NCBI RefSeq assembly: GCF_006345805.1
Contig: NC_043008.1
Location: 26,536,001 to 26,600,000 of the forward strand
Direction of reading: 5' to 3'
Length of the DNA stretch: 64,000 nucleotides
Source of the DNA: Octopus sinensis
Lineage: Eukaryota
In this document: in pieces, positions 25,516-38,465 of the stretch
Position numbering within the stretch: the stretch's first letter is position 1
Layout of the letters: each line of letters starts with the position of its first letter
Translations under genes and position numbers: made by a program
Notes under the pieces: generated by a model
The model's input: the letters and a program-made list of their open reading frames with translations, nothing else
The model's database searches: none
What the model was told of the DNA's origin: nothing

Positions 25516-25948
25516 TCAATCGTTGGACAATATGCTATGCTTGAGAAGACTTGTGAAACCGAGTGAAATCGTAGCCATGGCTGATGCCAGTGCTATCTGA
25601 CTGGCATCCATGCTAGTAACACATAAAAAAGCACTGTTTGAGTGTTGGGTTTCATTGAAGCAGTGACAGGTGACCAAGACCTTTGGCAATATACCATGCT
25701 TGTGTAGACCTGTCAAACCAAGTGAGCCAGTAGTCATGGCTGATGCTGGTGTCAGGTCAATAGCACCTGTGCTGGTGGCATGTAAAAAACACCCACTACA
25801 CTCCCTAACTGGTTGGTATTAGGAAGGGCATCCAGCCATAGAAACCTTGCCAAATCAAAAGCTAGTGCAGCACCCTGGCCTACTAGTTTGCAGTTAAACC
25901 ATCCAACCCATGCCATCATGGAAAGTGGACGTTAAATGATGATGATGT
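25515..25948 (+). mobile_element. RTE 3' UTR and tail
   Basis: gagaagacttgtgaaaccgagtgaaatcgtagcc.. internal duplication, shared tail, (GAT)n. Confidence 0.75.
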
Positions 25949-26075
25949 TAACTCCAGTGAATTTGCTTTCAGTAATTGAAACATATTGCAAACATATCTT
26001 AACTAATCTAAATCTTACTTATGCTTAAACAGTGTAAGGTAACGAACATTTTCAAAAATACATGATATACAGTAA

Positions 26076-26133
26076 GTCTAGCTGATGAGCCTTAAGTATA
26101 TTGATACAAAACGTGAAATCAATTGATACCGGA
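26076..26133 (+). ncRNA. Degenerate type I hammerhead ribozyme
   Basis: CUGAUGA (26082-88), GAAA (26115-18), perfectly palindromic helix III AUCAAUUGAU, AUA^CCGGA; helices I and II carry mismatches. Confidence 0.5.
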
Positions 26134-26429
26134 ACATCTGTCTTACTTGCGCCTGTAGTTCATTCACTGGGTGTTTTTTATTAGCGAGAAATGTGTGGTT
26201 TTGGAGTGTTAGCTCTAATTTCTAGCAAGTGGTATTCTGATACCTGACTTAATATATTTGTATATTTTACCTATATAGGTTTAAACTGCTGGCCACTTCT
26301 TCTTCTTAATAATGTAAATAATACCTTATTTAATTTTACACACACACACACACAAATACACAGAGTGGCCCAAAATTCACTCAACTATTTAATACATATG
26401 AGCATTTTAATGGTAGCTTGATCTCCCAG

Positions 26430-26438
26430 TTCATTGCC

Positions 26439-26492
<54 letters not shown>

Positions 26493-26722
26493 GTGATGAT
26501 GATAGCAACTATGGTTTCAAATTTTGGCACAAAGCCAGCAATTTTGAGGGAGGGGTTAGGTCAATTACATCGACCCCAGAGTTCAACTGGTACTGATTTT
26601 ATTGACCCTGAAAGGAGGAAAGGCAGCACTGATGTTGGAATCGAACTCAGAATGTAAAGATGGACAAAATGCTGCCAAGCATTTTGCCCAGCATACTAAT
26701 GATTCTGCCAGCTCATTGCCTT
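26430..26722 (-). mobile_element. SINE family B with (AAT)n tail
   Basis: Homologous to 13465-13672; (AAT)n at 26440-26490. Confidence 0.85.
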
Positions 26723-27084
26723 AATTATACTCTCTAATTATCTTAATATAACTAGCTGAACCTAAATCAATTTTGGGTGACATAATTAACCTGCATTTAG
26801 ATGAGATGTTAGAATTCCATGATCTCTTAATATATTAATGCCATTTTGCATTTCAGCAACTTTCTTTTACAAAGACACATACACACACAGAAAAGGTGAA
26901 CGAGATAGAGTGGGGAAGAGAGAGAAGTATCAATTGCCTGTTGAAGTGTTGTGAACTCTCAATGATTAAATATTTCATAGATGAACTAAAATTGTGCTAA
27001 TATATAATAATGTATTTAAACACCTGAAATTACTATTCATCCTAGTTGAGCACACTAAAGGTACTTCTACTTTTTACCTTTTTA

Positions 27085-27460
27085 CCTTTTATTTGTTTCA
27101 GTCAGTAGACTGTGGCCATGCTGGAGCACCAATATGAAGAATTTTTAGTCAAATGAATCAACCCCAGTACATATTTATTTTTAAGCCTGGTACTTATTCT
27201 ATCGATCACTTTTGCTGAACTGCTGAGTTATGGGAATGTAAACACACCAGTTCTCAAGTGGTGGTTGGGAACAGACACAAGCACACACACATGCACACAC
27301 ATATCAAATGGGCTTCTTTCAGTTTTTGCCTACCAAATCCACTCACAAGGCTTTGGTTGGCCTTTTGCTATAGTAGAAGACTCTTGCCCAAGTTGCCATG
27401 CAATGGGACTGAACCTGGAACCATATGGTCGGAAAGCAAGTTTCTTACCACATAGTCATA
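27085..27460 (-). mobile_element. SINE family A
   Basis: Homologous to 9945-10375. Confidence 0.85.
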
Positions 27461-28439
27461 CTTTCAAAGACAGTTATTATTTCTAGTTGCTATATAAGAT
27501 AATCTCTTCTTTCTTTTGGTCATCCCATTTTGATTTATATAATAATCACTTGTGAGTCTGGCATAACAGTCTTCAGTTAAAACAGTGCCTGATAAGGTAA
27601 GTGGTCAGTAAAATATATTGACGTTCTGCAAAGTAACCAATAGCATATATTCCATATTTCCTTTATGTGGTGTATATCTCATTGATTCTATAGTTTGTAT
27701 AATACACCTAGACAGGAAGTCATAACATTGACTTCCTTCTGAGTCATGATGTAGTCTCAATGCTTCAATATTTTACTTAGATGAACCAAAACTGCACTAA
27801 GTTCATGGACTCCTACAACTACTACAACTACTACTACTACAAATACTAATACTAATACTACAAATGTACATATATCCATGAATGTTCATATAATATGTGT
27901 GTATATGAATTTCAGCAGAAGCAGGAAATTTATGAGAGCTATTATAGTTATTAAAATACTTCTGATAATAAAATTCTTCAATACCTCTCATAGAAACTGC
28001 ATTATTGCAAAATTCAGGAATTTGAAAAACAAAATTGAAACAAAACTTTGAGCATTCTATTCCAAATGTTTATCTATTAGCCTCCAGATCATCGGAAAAA
28101 TTGATCTAGTTATGGAATTTATTCTTTCATTTCTGTTAGTAGTATGCTGTTCAAAATTTGAACTGTTTCTGTAGCGCTTAATCAATAATCTAATTTAAAA
28201 AGAAATGTAATGTACCAAATATTTCTAGAAATTAGGAAAATTATTTCATAAGAGATATTTAGTAAAAGCAACTTATTTAATCTGAGACTATATCGATTTT
28301 TTACTATGATATAAAACTAATTTCTGGCTGGATATTAATGTAAGTGCTTTCTCGTATATTTTGTTGAAAGAGAAAAACAAAAACATCATACTAAGTAAAT
28401 TATTACTTAAATATTTGTAAAAAGCCTACTTCATGCATA

Positions 28440-28587
28440 TGTGTGTGCATGTGTGTGTATGCGAATCTATACATTTGTATACATATGCATAAACACAAAC
28501 AGAAATATATTTATATGTATGTGAGTATATGCATGCATATCTATAAGAAGATAATTGCATATATACAAACATATATGTATGTATATA

Positions 28588-28643
<56 letters not shown>

Positions 28644-28697
28644 CATACACACATATATATATATATGTATCTTCATATAGATATGCATATATATATA

Positions 28698-28783
<86 letters not shown>

Positions 28784-28890
28784 AATGAAGATAGATGCGT
28801 AGATAAATATATATATATATACATAGAGAAGAGAAAGAGATATGCATACACATACTCATGCATATGTCTATCCATATATATATACACACG
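28440..28890. repeat. (TA)n/(CA)n compound microsatellite
   Basis: Direct reading of the sequence. Confidence 0.95.
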
Positions 28891-29574
28891 CATATACAAT
28901 TTTCTTCTTAAAATTACTTCTTACTAGAACTTTACTGCTCCAATGTGTGTATATAAGTATGAAAAGAATTTTGTATGTGTTAATATTGAAGTGAAACCAT
29001 TAGCGCATGATATCTATGTTTCTTGCTTTAATGACTTGCACTGCTGCTACTGGAATTTGTGGCATATTTGTAGAATGTTATTAGTATGATTATCAGCGTG
29101 GTAATGTTTGTTCTGTATATGTGAGGTAACCTGCATTCCCAATGCATAACGGTTATTTCCGTGCAGCTAATCAAAATATTGGATTCATTAAGTATTTGTT
29201 GTAGATGTGAAAGCACTTTAATAATTTCTGATGATGAAGATAAGAAGAATATTTCCTGTTCCTGTGTAGTATTCATAGAACTATGTAGTTTATTCATTTC
29301 AGATTCTTGTAAACTCTCTTATACTGCCATTAAAATTGACCATTCTGTTTGCAGAGTGATGTTAGTTATTATTGTTTGAACTTTTACTGACATTGCCCTT
29401 CTGTGTATAAATAAGATTCAAAAAGTACATTTCACACATGAAGGAAGTCCAGTGCACCATGTGCATTCACCTATTCTCCTACATATCGACAATTTCTAAA
29501 CCGAAATGAGAAATGATCATTTCACTGTTAGTAATTCAGAAATATTTTCTTCACCCTTCTGTCTTTTTTTGTTA

Positions 29575-30215
29575 CTATGTTACCCCGCTATGTAACTTTT
29601 ATATCTTTTATGTGTTCCAGTCATTTGACTGAAGTCATGCTAGGGCACCACCTTGAAGGGTCTAAGTTGAAGAAATTGACCCTAGGACATTTTTTTTTGC
29701 ACCTAATGCTTATTCGAATGGTCTCTTTTGCCAAACTGCAAAGTTATGGGGATGTAAACACACCAGCATCAGGTTGTTAGGGAACAACAAGTGGTGTTAG
29801 GGGACAAACATGGACACTAAGACACATACACAGACATATACATATATATCATGGGACTCTATTGGTTACAATGATGAGGGTTCCAGTTAATCCAATCAAC
29901 GGAACAGCCTGCTTGTGAAATTACTGTGCAAGTGGCTGAGCACTCTACCGACACATGTTCTCAGGGCGATTCAGCATGACACAGTATGTGATAAGGTTGG
30001 CTTTTTGAAATACAGGTACAACAGAAACAGGAAGAAGGAATGAGAAAGTTGTGGAGAAAGAGTACAGCAGGGTTTGCCACCACATCCTGCCAGATCCTCA
30101 TAGAGCTTTAGATGTTTTTGCTCAATAAGCACTCACAACGCCCGGTCTGGGAATTAAAAACATAATCCTATGAACGTGAGTTTGCTGTCCTAACCACTGG
30201 GCCATTGCGCCTCCA
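29575..30215 (-). mobile_element. SINE family C (29850-30215) abutting the 3' half of SINE family A (29575-29850)
   Basis: Homology to 13786-14108 and 9945-10375. Confidence 0.8.
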
Positions 30216-30243
30216 AATATATATATACATATACATATATATA

Positions 30244-31414
30244 CAGAGGTTGGACAAAATAATAGAAACACCTTAAAATTTCAAACAAATATATTTTAAT
30301 ATGGGGTAGGACTGCCTTTGGCAGTAATTACAGCTTGAATTCTATGAGTTATGGACTCGTACAAATGTTTCCAAAGGAATTTTCATCTATTCTTCAGCTA
30401 AAATGTACCATAAATGTTCAGTAATATTGAGATCTGGGGGCTGTGGTGGCTAGATGAGATGTTCAACTTCACAAGAATGTTCCTTATACCATTCAATAAT
30501 AATTTTAGCTGTTTGAATTGGTACATTATCATCCTGAAAGATTGTGCTACCTTCTGGAAATAGTTCTGCAAACATAGGAAGAATTTGATCAGATAAAATG
30601 TTTAAATAGTGTTGACTATTAATTCTGCCATAAAGGGAAATCATTGGGCCAGCAGATTTCCAAGATATAACCTCCCAGATCATGACAGATCCTCCACTAT
30701 GTTTAACAGTTGGAAGAAGGCAGTCTGGATCAAATGCTTCCTTTTGCTGTCTCCACATGTATACTCAGTTAGTGGTTGGAAATAAGGTAAAGATTGGCTT
30801 GTCCAAGAAAATAACATTCTTCCACTGTCCTAGGGACCCAGCCAGTAGGTTTTTATTCCACTCTAAATGCTTTGCAATGTTTGTTTTTGAAAGTTCTGGT
30901 TTTCTGATTGCAGCTCTCCTGTGAAATCTGGCTTTGTGCAGCTCTCAGCGAACAGTTTTCATGGAAACTGTGTTCTTGTGGTGGTCATTAAGCTCTGCAG
31001 TAATTTTGGTAGCTGTACTTTTGTGATCTTTTCTAACAATTTGCATACGAGTCCGACGGTCCCTATCTGAAAGTTTTGGTTTTCTTCCAGAGTTTTGTTT
31101 CGATGAGCAGGTTTTTCCCTCTTTCACAAAGGCTGTCATTACTTTCAAGACAGTACTTCTTGATGCACCAAATATTTCAGCTTTTTCCATTATGCTAGCG
31201 CCTGCCATACAAGCACTAATAATTCGATTTCTTTGAAAGTGCTATAGATCTGTCATTTTAATGAATTTTAATTACCTTTTTAGCAAAACATATTAAGCAA
31301 CACTAATAATAAATCAAAAAACATAAAAATAAACAAGCTTTTGACAGTTTCATTGATATTTCAAAATTATGATGCTATGTTGCTAGGTGTTTCCGTTATT
31401 ATGTCCAACCCCTG
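30244..31414 (-). mobile_element. Tc1 (DD34E) transposon with both TIRs and TA target duplication
   Basis: TIRs cagaggttggacaaaataatagaaacacc and ggtgtttccgttattatgtccaacccctg; TVKHSGGSVMIW, FQDDNVPI, SGRKPKLSDRDRR. Confidence 0.92.
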
Positions 31415-32344
31415 TATGTATACACACACACACACACACACACTTATATGACGGGTTTCTTTCAGCTTTCGTCTACCAAATCCATTCACAAGGATTTGGT
31501 CAGCCCAAAGCTTAAACCAGACCATATGGTTGGAAACAAGCTTCCTTCTACTCAGCAATGCCTGTGAGTGTTTGCTTATGGGCATTTTTAAAACTACCCT
31601 TTTTCATGTCCTTATTAAGAATGTATACAATAAAATTGTAATCAAATTATTTATTGTTGGAGTAGTTGTTGCTATCATCATCATCATCATCATGTTTTGA
31701 GTTTAAATTCCACTCAGGTTGACTTTACCTTTCATTCTTTAGACATTGATTAAACAAGTATCAGTCATGTGCTGGGGTCAATGTAATCAACTAACCCTTT
31801 CCTCCAAAACTTTCAGGCCTTGTGCCTATAGTAGAAAGAGTTATTATTATTATTATTATTGTTGTTGTTGCTGTTTTCATGTTTTACACAACTGCCTATA
31901 TATGAAAAAAGTGCATATAACTCATATGCAGTTTTGTCATGTCTTTTAAGAGTTTTTCTATTAGTATTCTTTAGTCTTTGGATGTTTTATTTGATGACAC
32001 CTGCCTTATCAAGAAAGCATGTGAGTTTTTAATTCCAATAACATTTTTGCTACTCAGGAGGGATTTGTAATATTTCCTTTTCTCTTCTAATATATTTATT
32101 TTTTTGGTGTAGCCTTAATTTTTATTTTTTTATGCTAACCATTTTAAAATCTTCTAAATACACTTACCACTTTCCATTATATTCTCATCTGTGGGAAGCG
32201 CAATTCCTCCAATCCCAGATTATTTATTTCTCTTTGTAGTAAGGATGCCTCACTTATTAGAAGGAAAGGACACAATAATGAACATGAACAAATTTCATAT
32301 AAAATTGAGGTCTTCATTCAAATACACTCAGAAAACTTGAATAA

Positions 32345-32710
32345 TATTTTGGAGCTTCAGTTCACAACTCCATGATTTCAATGGCTGCTGTGCACAACTG
32401 TAGCCTTGAACTGGTTGATCACCCTCCATAATTTGCTGATTTGGCCACATCTGGCTATTATCTGTTCCTCAACATGAAAGATCACTTGGCTGGGAACCAG
32501 TATTACAGTGATAATGATGTCATATCTACTGTTGATGACTTTTCTGACCAACAAGATGAAAGCTTCTCCATCAATGGGTCTGAAGTACTGCAACATTGAT
32601 GGAAGAAGAATATGGACCACAAGGGGGACTACGCTGCAGATTAAACCTCATTTGGTCACATTTCACGAGAGTATCTTGGTCAGCCTGTGAACTTTTCAGT
32701 CAACTCTTAT
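32345..32710 (+). mobile_element. Mariner 3' fragment with right TIR
   Basis: Same family as 7908-9128; TIR tcagcctgtgaacttttcagtcaactc. Confidence 0.8.
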
Positions 32711-32999
32711 ATGAGAAAGTGACAGGAGCAAAGTTTAATCTGAACAAATTAGTGTGCATCCAACTTGATATCTTGTGAGGTAAGTCCATGTCACTTGACA
32801 GTGTGATAGAGCACTGGATGGAAGGTATAATTTCGCTTGAATTTTGATTGGATCTTGTTGGATAAGAAGTGCAATGAAGTTACGGACAGCGAAGTTAGTT
32901 TTCATACACAGAAATAGAAGAAACTATTCCTAGAAAGTTGGGAAAACGTGCAATGCCTACATCACCTCACTTCTATGATACTGCCTGACTATTTTGCCT

Positions 33000-33720
33000 T
33001 GCAGTAGCTCTTGATTTCTATGTTTCTTGTAGAAAGGACATGTTGTTCTAGTCAAGCAGTCAATCTTTGGCCAAACAACCTCTGTGCTGTGGACTTAGTA
33101 TTCTGTAGCTGAAGATATGTGAGCATGTACTGAGGATGTGGAACCTATGATTCTTAGACTGTGAGCAGATGTGATCATTCATTGTCAGGCCAGGGACTTA
33201 TTCTCAAAGTTCCCCTCCCTGATTGGGCTGCAGATCTGCAACAAATGAAGGCCAAGAATAGGTGTTTGGCATTTGGAATGCTTTCTAATATTCAAAGCTC
33301 TCTACAAGTCAGACAATGCAGATGGAAGAACTTCTATGACAGCATTCTATAGATGAATAGTGGTGGTTAAGGGTGTTGACAGTCTCAGATGACTCTAGGT
33401 GTCAATGTTAACTCTCAGGTGTTCTGTTTCAGAAGTTATTTGATTAAGTAGCTCTGGATAATTTCTGAAATAACTTGGCCTGGTATTGCTACTGAAGGAC
33501 CCAGCCATTTCAAAGCAAGCCATACAGTAATGAAAATGTCAGAGGAGCCAGCATGAGATGTGTGCAGAACAATGACACAGTTTTGCAGTCACTCTTTCAA
33601 TGCTCAGGAATTCTTGATTTGTGGAGTTTAGCCAAGCAGTTGATGAACCTAGACAACAACTGAGTTCTTCCTGAAATTGTTTCACCACCAACTTTTGTCT
33701 TGTGTTAGTGGTTATGAAGG
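33000..33720 (+). mobile_element. L1/Tx1-like ORF2 C-terminal relic
   Basis: Zinc-knuckle-like MRCVQNNDTVLQSLFQCSGILDLWSLAKQLM. Confidence 0.5.
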
Positions 33721-35089
33721 CAGTGTAATGGATGAGGTAATGGCTTGATAATATGTTCTATGCTTTCACTAATTGTTTAAAATACCCATATAATCAAGAA
33801 AAGATAAACATCTTTTTGAACTGTCTACAACTGACCAAGTGGAACATCAAGGAAATGACCGTGGGGGAGAGTGAGTGCTGCACCCACACTGGGCTGTTAG
33901 ATTTTTCATTGTCTCTGAAAGGATGACAGGCAAAGCTGACCCTGGTGGAATTTCAGCTTAGAGAATAGGGAGCAGAAACAAATATCACAATGCCCTTTAT
34001 CCAATTCTATAACAATTTCAGCATCTTAATGCATGTAGAAATATATGATTGTTATAATCATCAAACTAATGTATAACAACAGGAAACTATAGTTCATAGT
34101 ACTTAGAACAGTATATGTAATGGTATGATAATATGCAGAATGTCCTTTAGATTGTTAAGTTGTTAGACCAACATAGTAAAATATTTCTGTGTTATTTTCT
34201 CCAGTCCTAGATCTTCAATCTAATGAAACATTTATCAATTGCATTGTGTCCTTATTATCTACAGTTGAAGAACTCTTCTTCCATGTGGTACCTGTTTACA
34301 ATTTTTAGTGTTCATCTTTTGTGAGTTAAGTATCTTTTCTGTGAATAAAGTGCAGTACTGTTCAGGAGATATAAATCATTGCTACTTAAGCTTGTCATCC
34401 AACACACAACTGGCTGTAAATCTGTAAAAGAGGTATAAAATATCCTGCAGATTTTTACATTATTCACGCCAAAACCTTTAAATATTAAGAAATAATATCA
34501 ATAGATACTACTCCATTACTAAAAACAGTAAAAAAATACATTCAACTTTTTGAGTTGTGTTGTAAAACAATAACCAGTAGAATAATTTCATTATGTTCAA
34601 TCTTCAGAGATACTAAGAATTATCTGAAAAAAAATAAAGCTCCCTATACATAAACTTACATATATATATATGTATATATGTATGTATGTATATATATATA
34701 CACAGGCATATACTTGCATAAATATGCATGTGTGTGTGTGTATGTTTATCTTTGTAACTATCTGTCTATATACTTATATATGTGTGTGTATATATATATA
34801 TATATATAAACCTTCTTGTTAACAGTTCTTATTCAAGACAATAACAATGTAAAAGCACAATAAAGTTACTACAGTAAATCCAGGTTCAAGTTCAGATCGT
34901 TTTTACAGTAGCTATACAATTAAGAATTATTTAATTCACTGTAACTTAATGAAATTTCCAAGAGATTCACCTGGCCTAAACACTGTAACAGCAAAATGTT
35001 CTGCTACTGTCATCTTATTGTCTTAAACTAGTGAAGCATGTATTCCTTCCGCTCGATCTGAAAACAAGCTCCTTGACTCAAACTGGATG

Positions 35090-38000
35090 CAGTGGCAAAT
35101 CTACTATAAAACTAATGAAGCTTAAGCTTCAGGGACCCTAATCCCAGAGGGGCCCCTCTGAAGCCACTTTTTCATTTAGTCAATATTTCGTTTTTTTACT
35201 TTGCCATTGAGATTGCTGTTACCAGTCTTAGTGGACAACGTCATTTCATACTCCTATGCATAGTTTAGGCAGGCAGTGTCTAGCCATGGTTGTTCCACCT
35301 GCTGTTTCTGCCGGTGTAGACTAGTATAAAAGATAAAAGTACAAATGGCTCGCAGATAATTCGCTTTCCTTGAATTATTTTGGAAACTTCAGCCCTGCCC
35401 CTCTTACAATCTGTTCAGTAACGAAACATTTTTTCTACTTCAAAAATTACTTGAATATCACTTTGTACAAAATAAACCATTCTTCATTTATGAATATATA
35501 TTAAGTTGTGGACACTTATCTTGATCGATCTCTGTCTTGCTGTGGCTAATGAAAATATTACCCCAACTTTTTTTCAGTGAAGTCTATGACTCAAGAGGAT
35601 TAGCAATGTCTTCAAGAAAGTACTTAAGCAGATACCAGAAATGCCAACTCAAGGAAAAATCTAATTAAATTTCTAAATGTCAAAAAACTATCAATCTATT
35701 TTATAATGTAAAGTAAGAGTATGCCATCACTTGCAATTGAAACAAGTCGTGCAAGCACCTGTGAAGCCAATGACAGTGCACAAACCATGAGTGTTCTGTT
35801 TAACAATAATCAACCAACTGTTGACACTTTTGGAGCAAGTTGACGATCATAGTTGTGAAGAACTTCAAGAAAAGAGAGAACAGAAACAGGAAGCAAATTT
35901 AGTGATTTTAAAGAATACAGTGACCAGGCAAACTAGCCCATACCAAGTGATAATGATTTCATACAAAACTGTTTAATGCAAAACATCACATTTTTTCAAA
36001 ATAAAAAACTATATATATAATGTATATACTGAATCCAACAAGATTTACAAACAGCAAAATTGAAGTTTCTCAAACAAGTACTTTGAAAAAAAGATTGTAA
36101 AATGGTCAGACTGTGATGAGATCCTAGTTAGATTACTCAAAGAGCAAAGGCTGTAATATTATTTTGTTTGCAAACTCTTTTCTAAATGCCAAATATCACT
36201 TACAATGGGTGGGTTTTCTGATTGGATGAATATACTCAGCACTCTACAAAACCATGAAGGCAGCAAGAAACATAACAAAGCGATGTTGCTAATTACTCTT
36301 ATCCTTATAGCTTATTCACAGAAGTCAAATAAAAACACCGTGGATCAGCAACTTGAGGAACAGTTGAGAAAAACATGCCGTACTATTTTAAAATACTAAA
36401 AAGAATTGTAGCAGTTATAAACTTTTAAGTGGAAGAGGTTTAGCATTTAGAGGCCATGTGAGAAAATGGGGCTCCCTAAACAATGGAAATTTCATGGGGG
36501 GCATTGAGCTTATTGCAGAGTTTGACCCATTTTTGCATGAACATTTAGAGAAATGGAAAAGTAAATATTACCAATCCAAATCCGTGTATGAAGAATTCAG
36601 AGAAATCATGGGAAAACATGTGAACAATAAAGTGGTGAATCAGATCAACAGCCTAGACACCAAATACTACTCAATTACAGTTGATTCCACTCCTGACGTG
36701 ACACTTGTTGACCAGCTGATAATTGTGATTCGATACTGTTATAATGGAAGGTCTATGAGAGACTTTTAACATTTTTTTCCAATAGAAAACCATTCATCCA
36801 CGACCTTGTTCAACAAAATAACACAATTCCTGGGGGAGCATAAGCTTTCACTTGAAAATATCCATGGTCAGTCGTACAATAATGCTTCTAGCATGAAGGG
36901 CTCAGAGAAATGGCTGCATTTCTTAAAAACATTAACAGGTATGTAGACTATGTACCATGTGCAAGCTGTTCACTCAACCTTGTTGGGGAAAAAGCAGTTC
37001 AGGCAATTAAAAATGGACATAAGGAAATTTTACAAACTCTCAAACATGTTTGAAGACTCAGAAGAGAAGCCTGAATGTAAGCGAGATGCAAAGAATTTAT
37101 ACCACAAGTTGGTAAAATAAGTATATGCTGTTTTAATAATCATTTAGGAAGAGGTTATGGGGCATTTTAACAAAGCAAGTAAGAAACCTCAAATTCCTAG
37201 TTCTGATGTATTTGAAGGTTACCTTCTGCTAGAATCTTTACTTTCATTTGTTAAAGAACTATGAGAAAATTCAACTGATAGCATTGCACACTATGAATCA
37301 GTAGCAAGATGTTTAGGTGAATATATGACCTCAAATTATTCTGATATTTTCAAACACATTGTTATAAAGAAATTTGCAGATAGAACAAGTGATAGGGCTT
37401 CTTTGAAATAGGCTGAAAAATTTAGGAAAGAAGTTCTAAATCAAGTCTATGATTAAGCAAGAAGATGGACCCATATGAGCAGACTGCCTAAAGGTTCAAG
37501 TTGCTCTCAGAATTGATGAACAATTCAGAATTTGGTGAAGATAGTATTGAACTTATAATATAGATTTTCAACGACAATATTGACCACAAATTAATAAATG
37601 AGTGTTATCAGTTCAAAGAGTATTTACATCTTAAGAACTCCCAGAACACTGAAGAAAACACACCATCTAAAATACAATGCATAGAAGTTCTTTAGCTTAT
37701 TTTTGAGCAACAATTAATTGAAGTATCCCTAATATTACCACTGCACTTAAGCTGTACTTGACAATGTCTATGACGATCTGTGAAGCAGAAAGGAATTTCT
37801 CAAAGCTTTCCTTTATAAAGAATAAATTTCAATCTACCATGACTGAAGAGCGCTTAAATCCCTTATGCATGTTGTTTCTAGAAAATGGCATTGCCAGGAA
37901 GCTCCCATATGACAAAGCTGTAAGGGAATACGTTGCTACAAAAAAAAAAACAGAAAAAAGAGTATTTTGTAATGTTCATATGTATCTTAAATATAAGATT

Positions 38001-38465
38001 AATATTAGATTATATTAACTGTGGTATTTGTTATGTTTTATGTCTTCATTCTATGATGCATCATGCATGTATATAATGCTTCCCTAATTTTCAACCCCCA
38101 TAACTCTAAAAGTATAAGGCATAGCCTGGAAAATATTTGTTCACACCAGTGACTTTGACAATCACAATCTGAAATGTTGTGCTTAAATTTGTAAAGAAAA
38201 TTTGGTGATCTGCCATGGAACAACCACATCAACAAAGATATTGGTGATTGCCCACACCTTGTTTCTCCTGGAAACAGGGCTCACTGTCGGACTCCACATC
38301 ATCACTCCACCATTTGGGCTATCAGGGCCTCAAGGCTGGAGATCCTTGCAAGGGCACGAAAATTCTTTGAATCTTGTTGGATGTTATCCTACTGTTGCTG
38401 GTTGTAAAGCTCCCCTGCCATAACATTTTAAGCTTCAGGGCCCCAATATTGTAGATCCACCACAG
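35090..38465 (+). mobile_element. Complete hAT transposon, transposase pseudogenised
   Basis: 15-bp imperfect TIRs cagtggcaaatctac and gtagatccaccacag; perfect 8-bp TSD ACTGGATG (35082-89, 38466-73); motifs GLAFRGH, NGNFMG, YSITVDSTPDV, CEAERNFSKL..KNKFQSTMTEERL. Confidence 0.93.
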
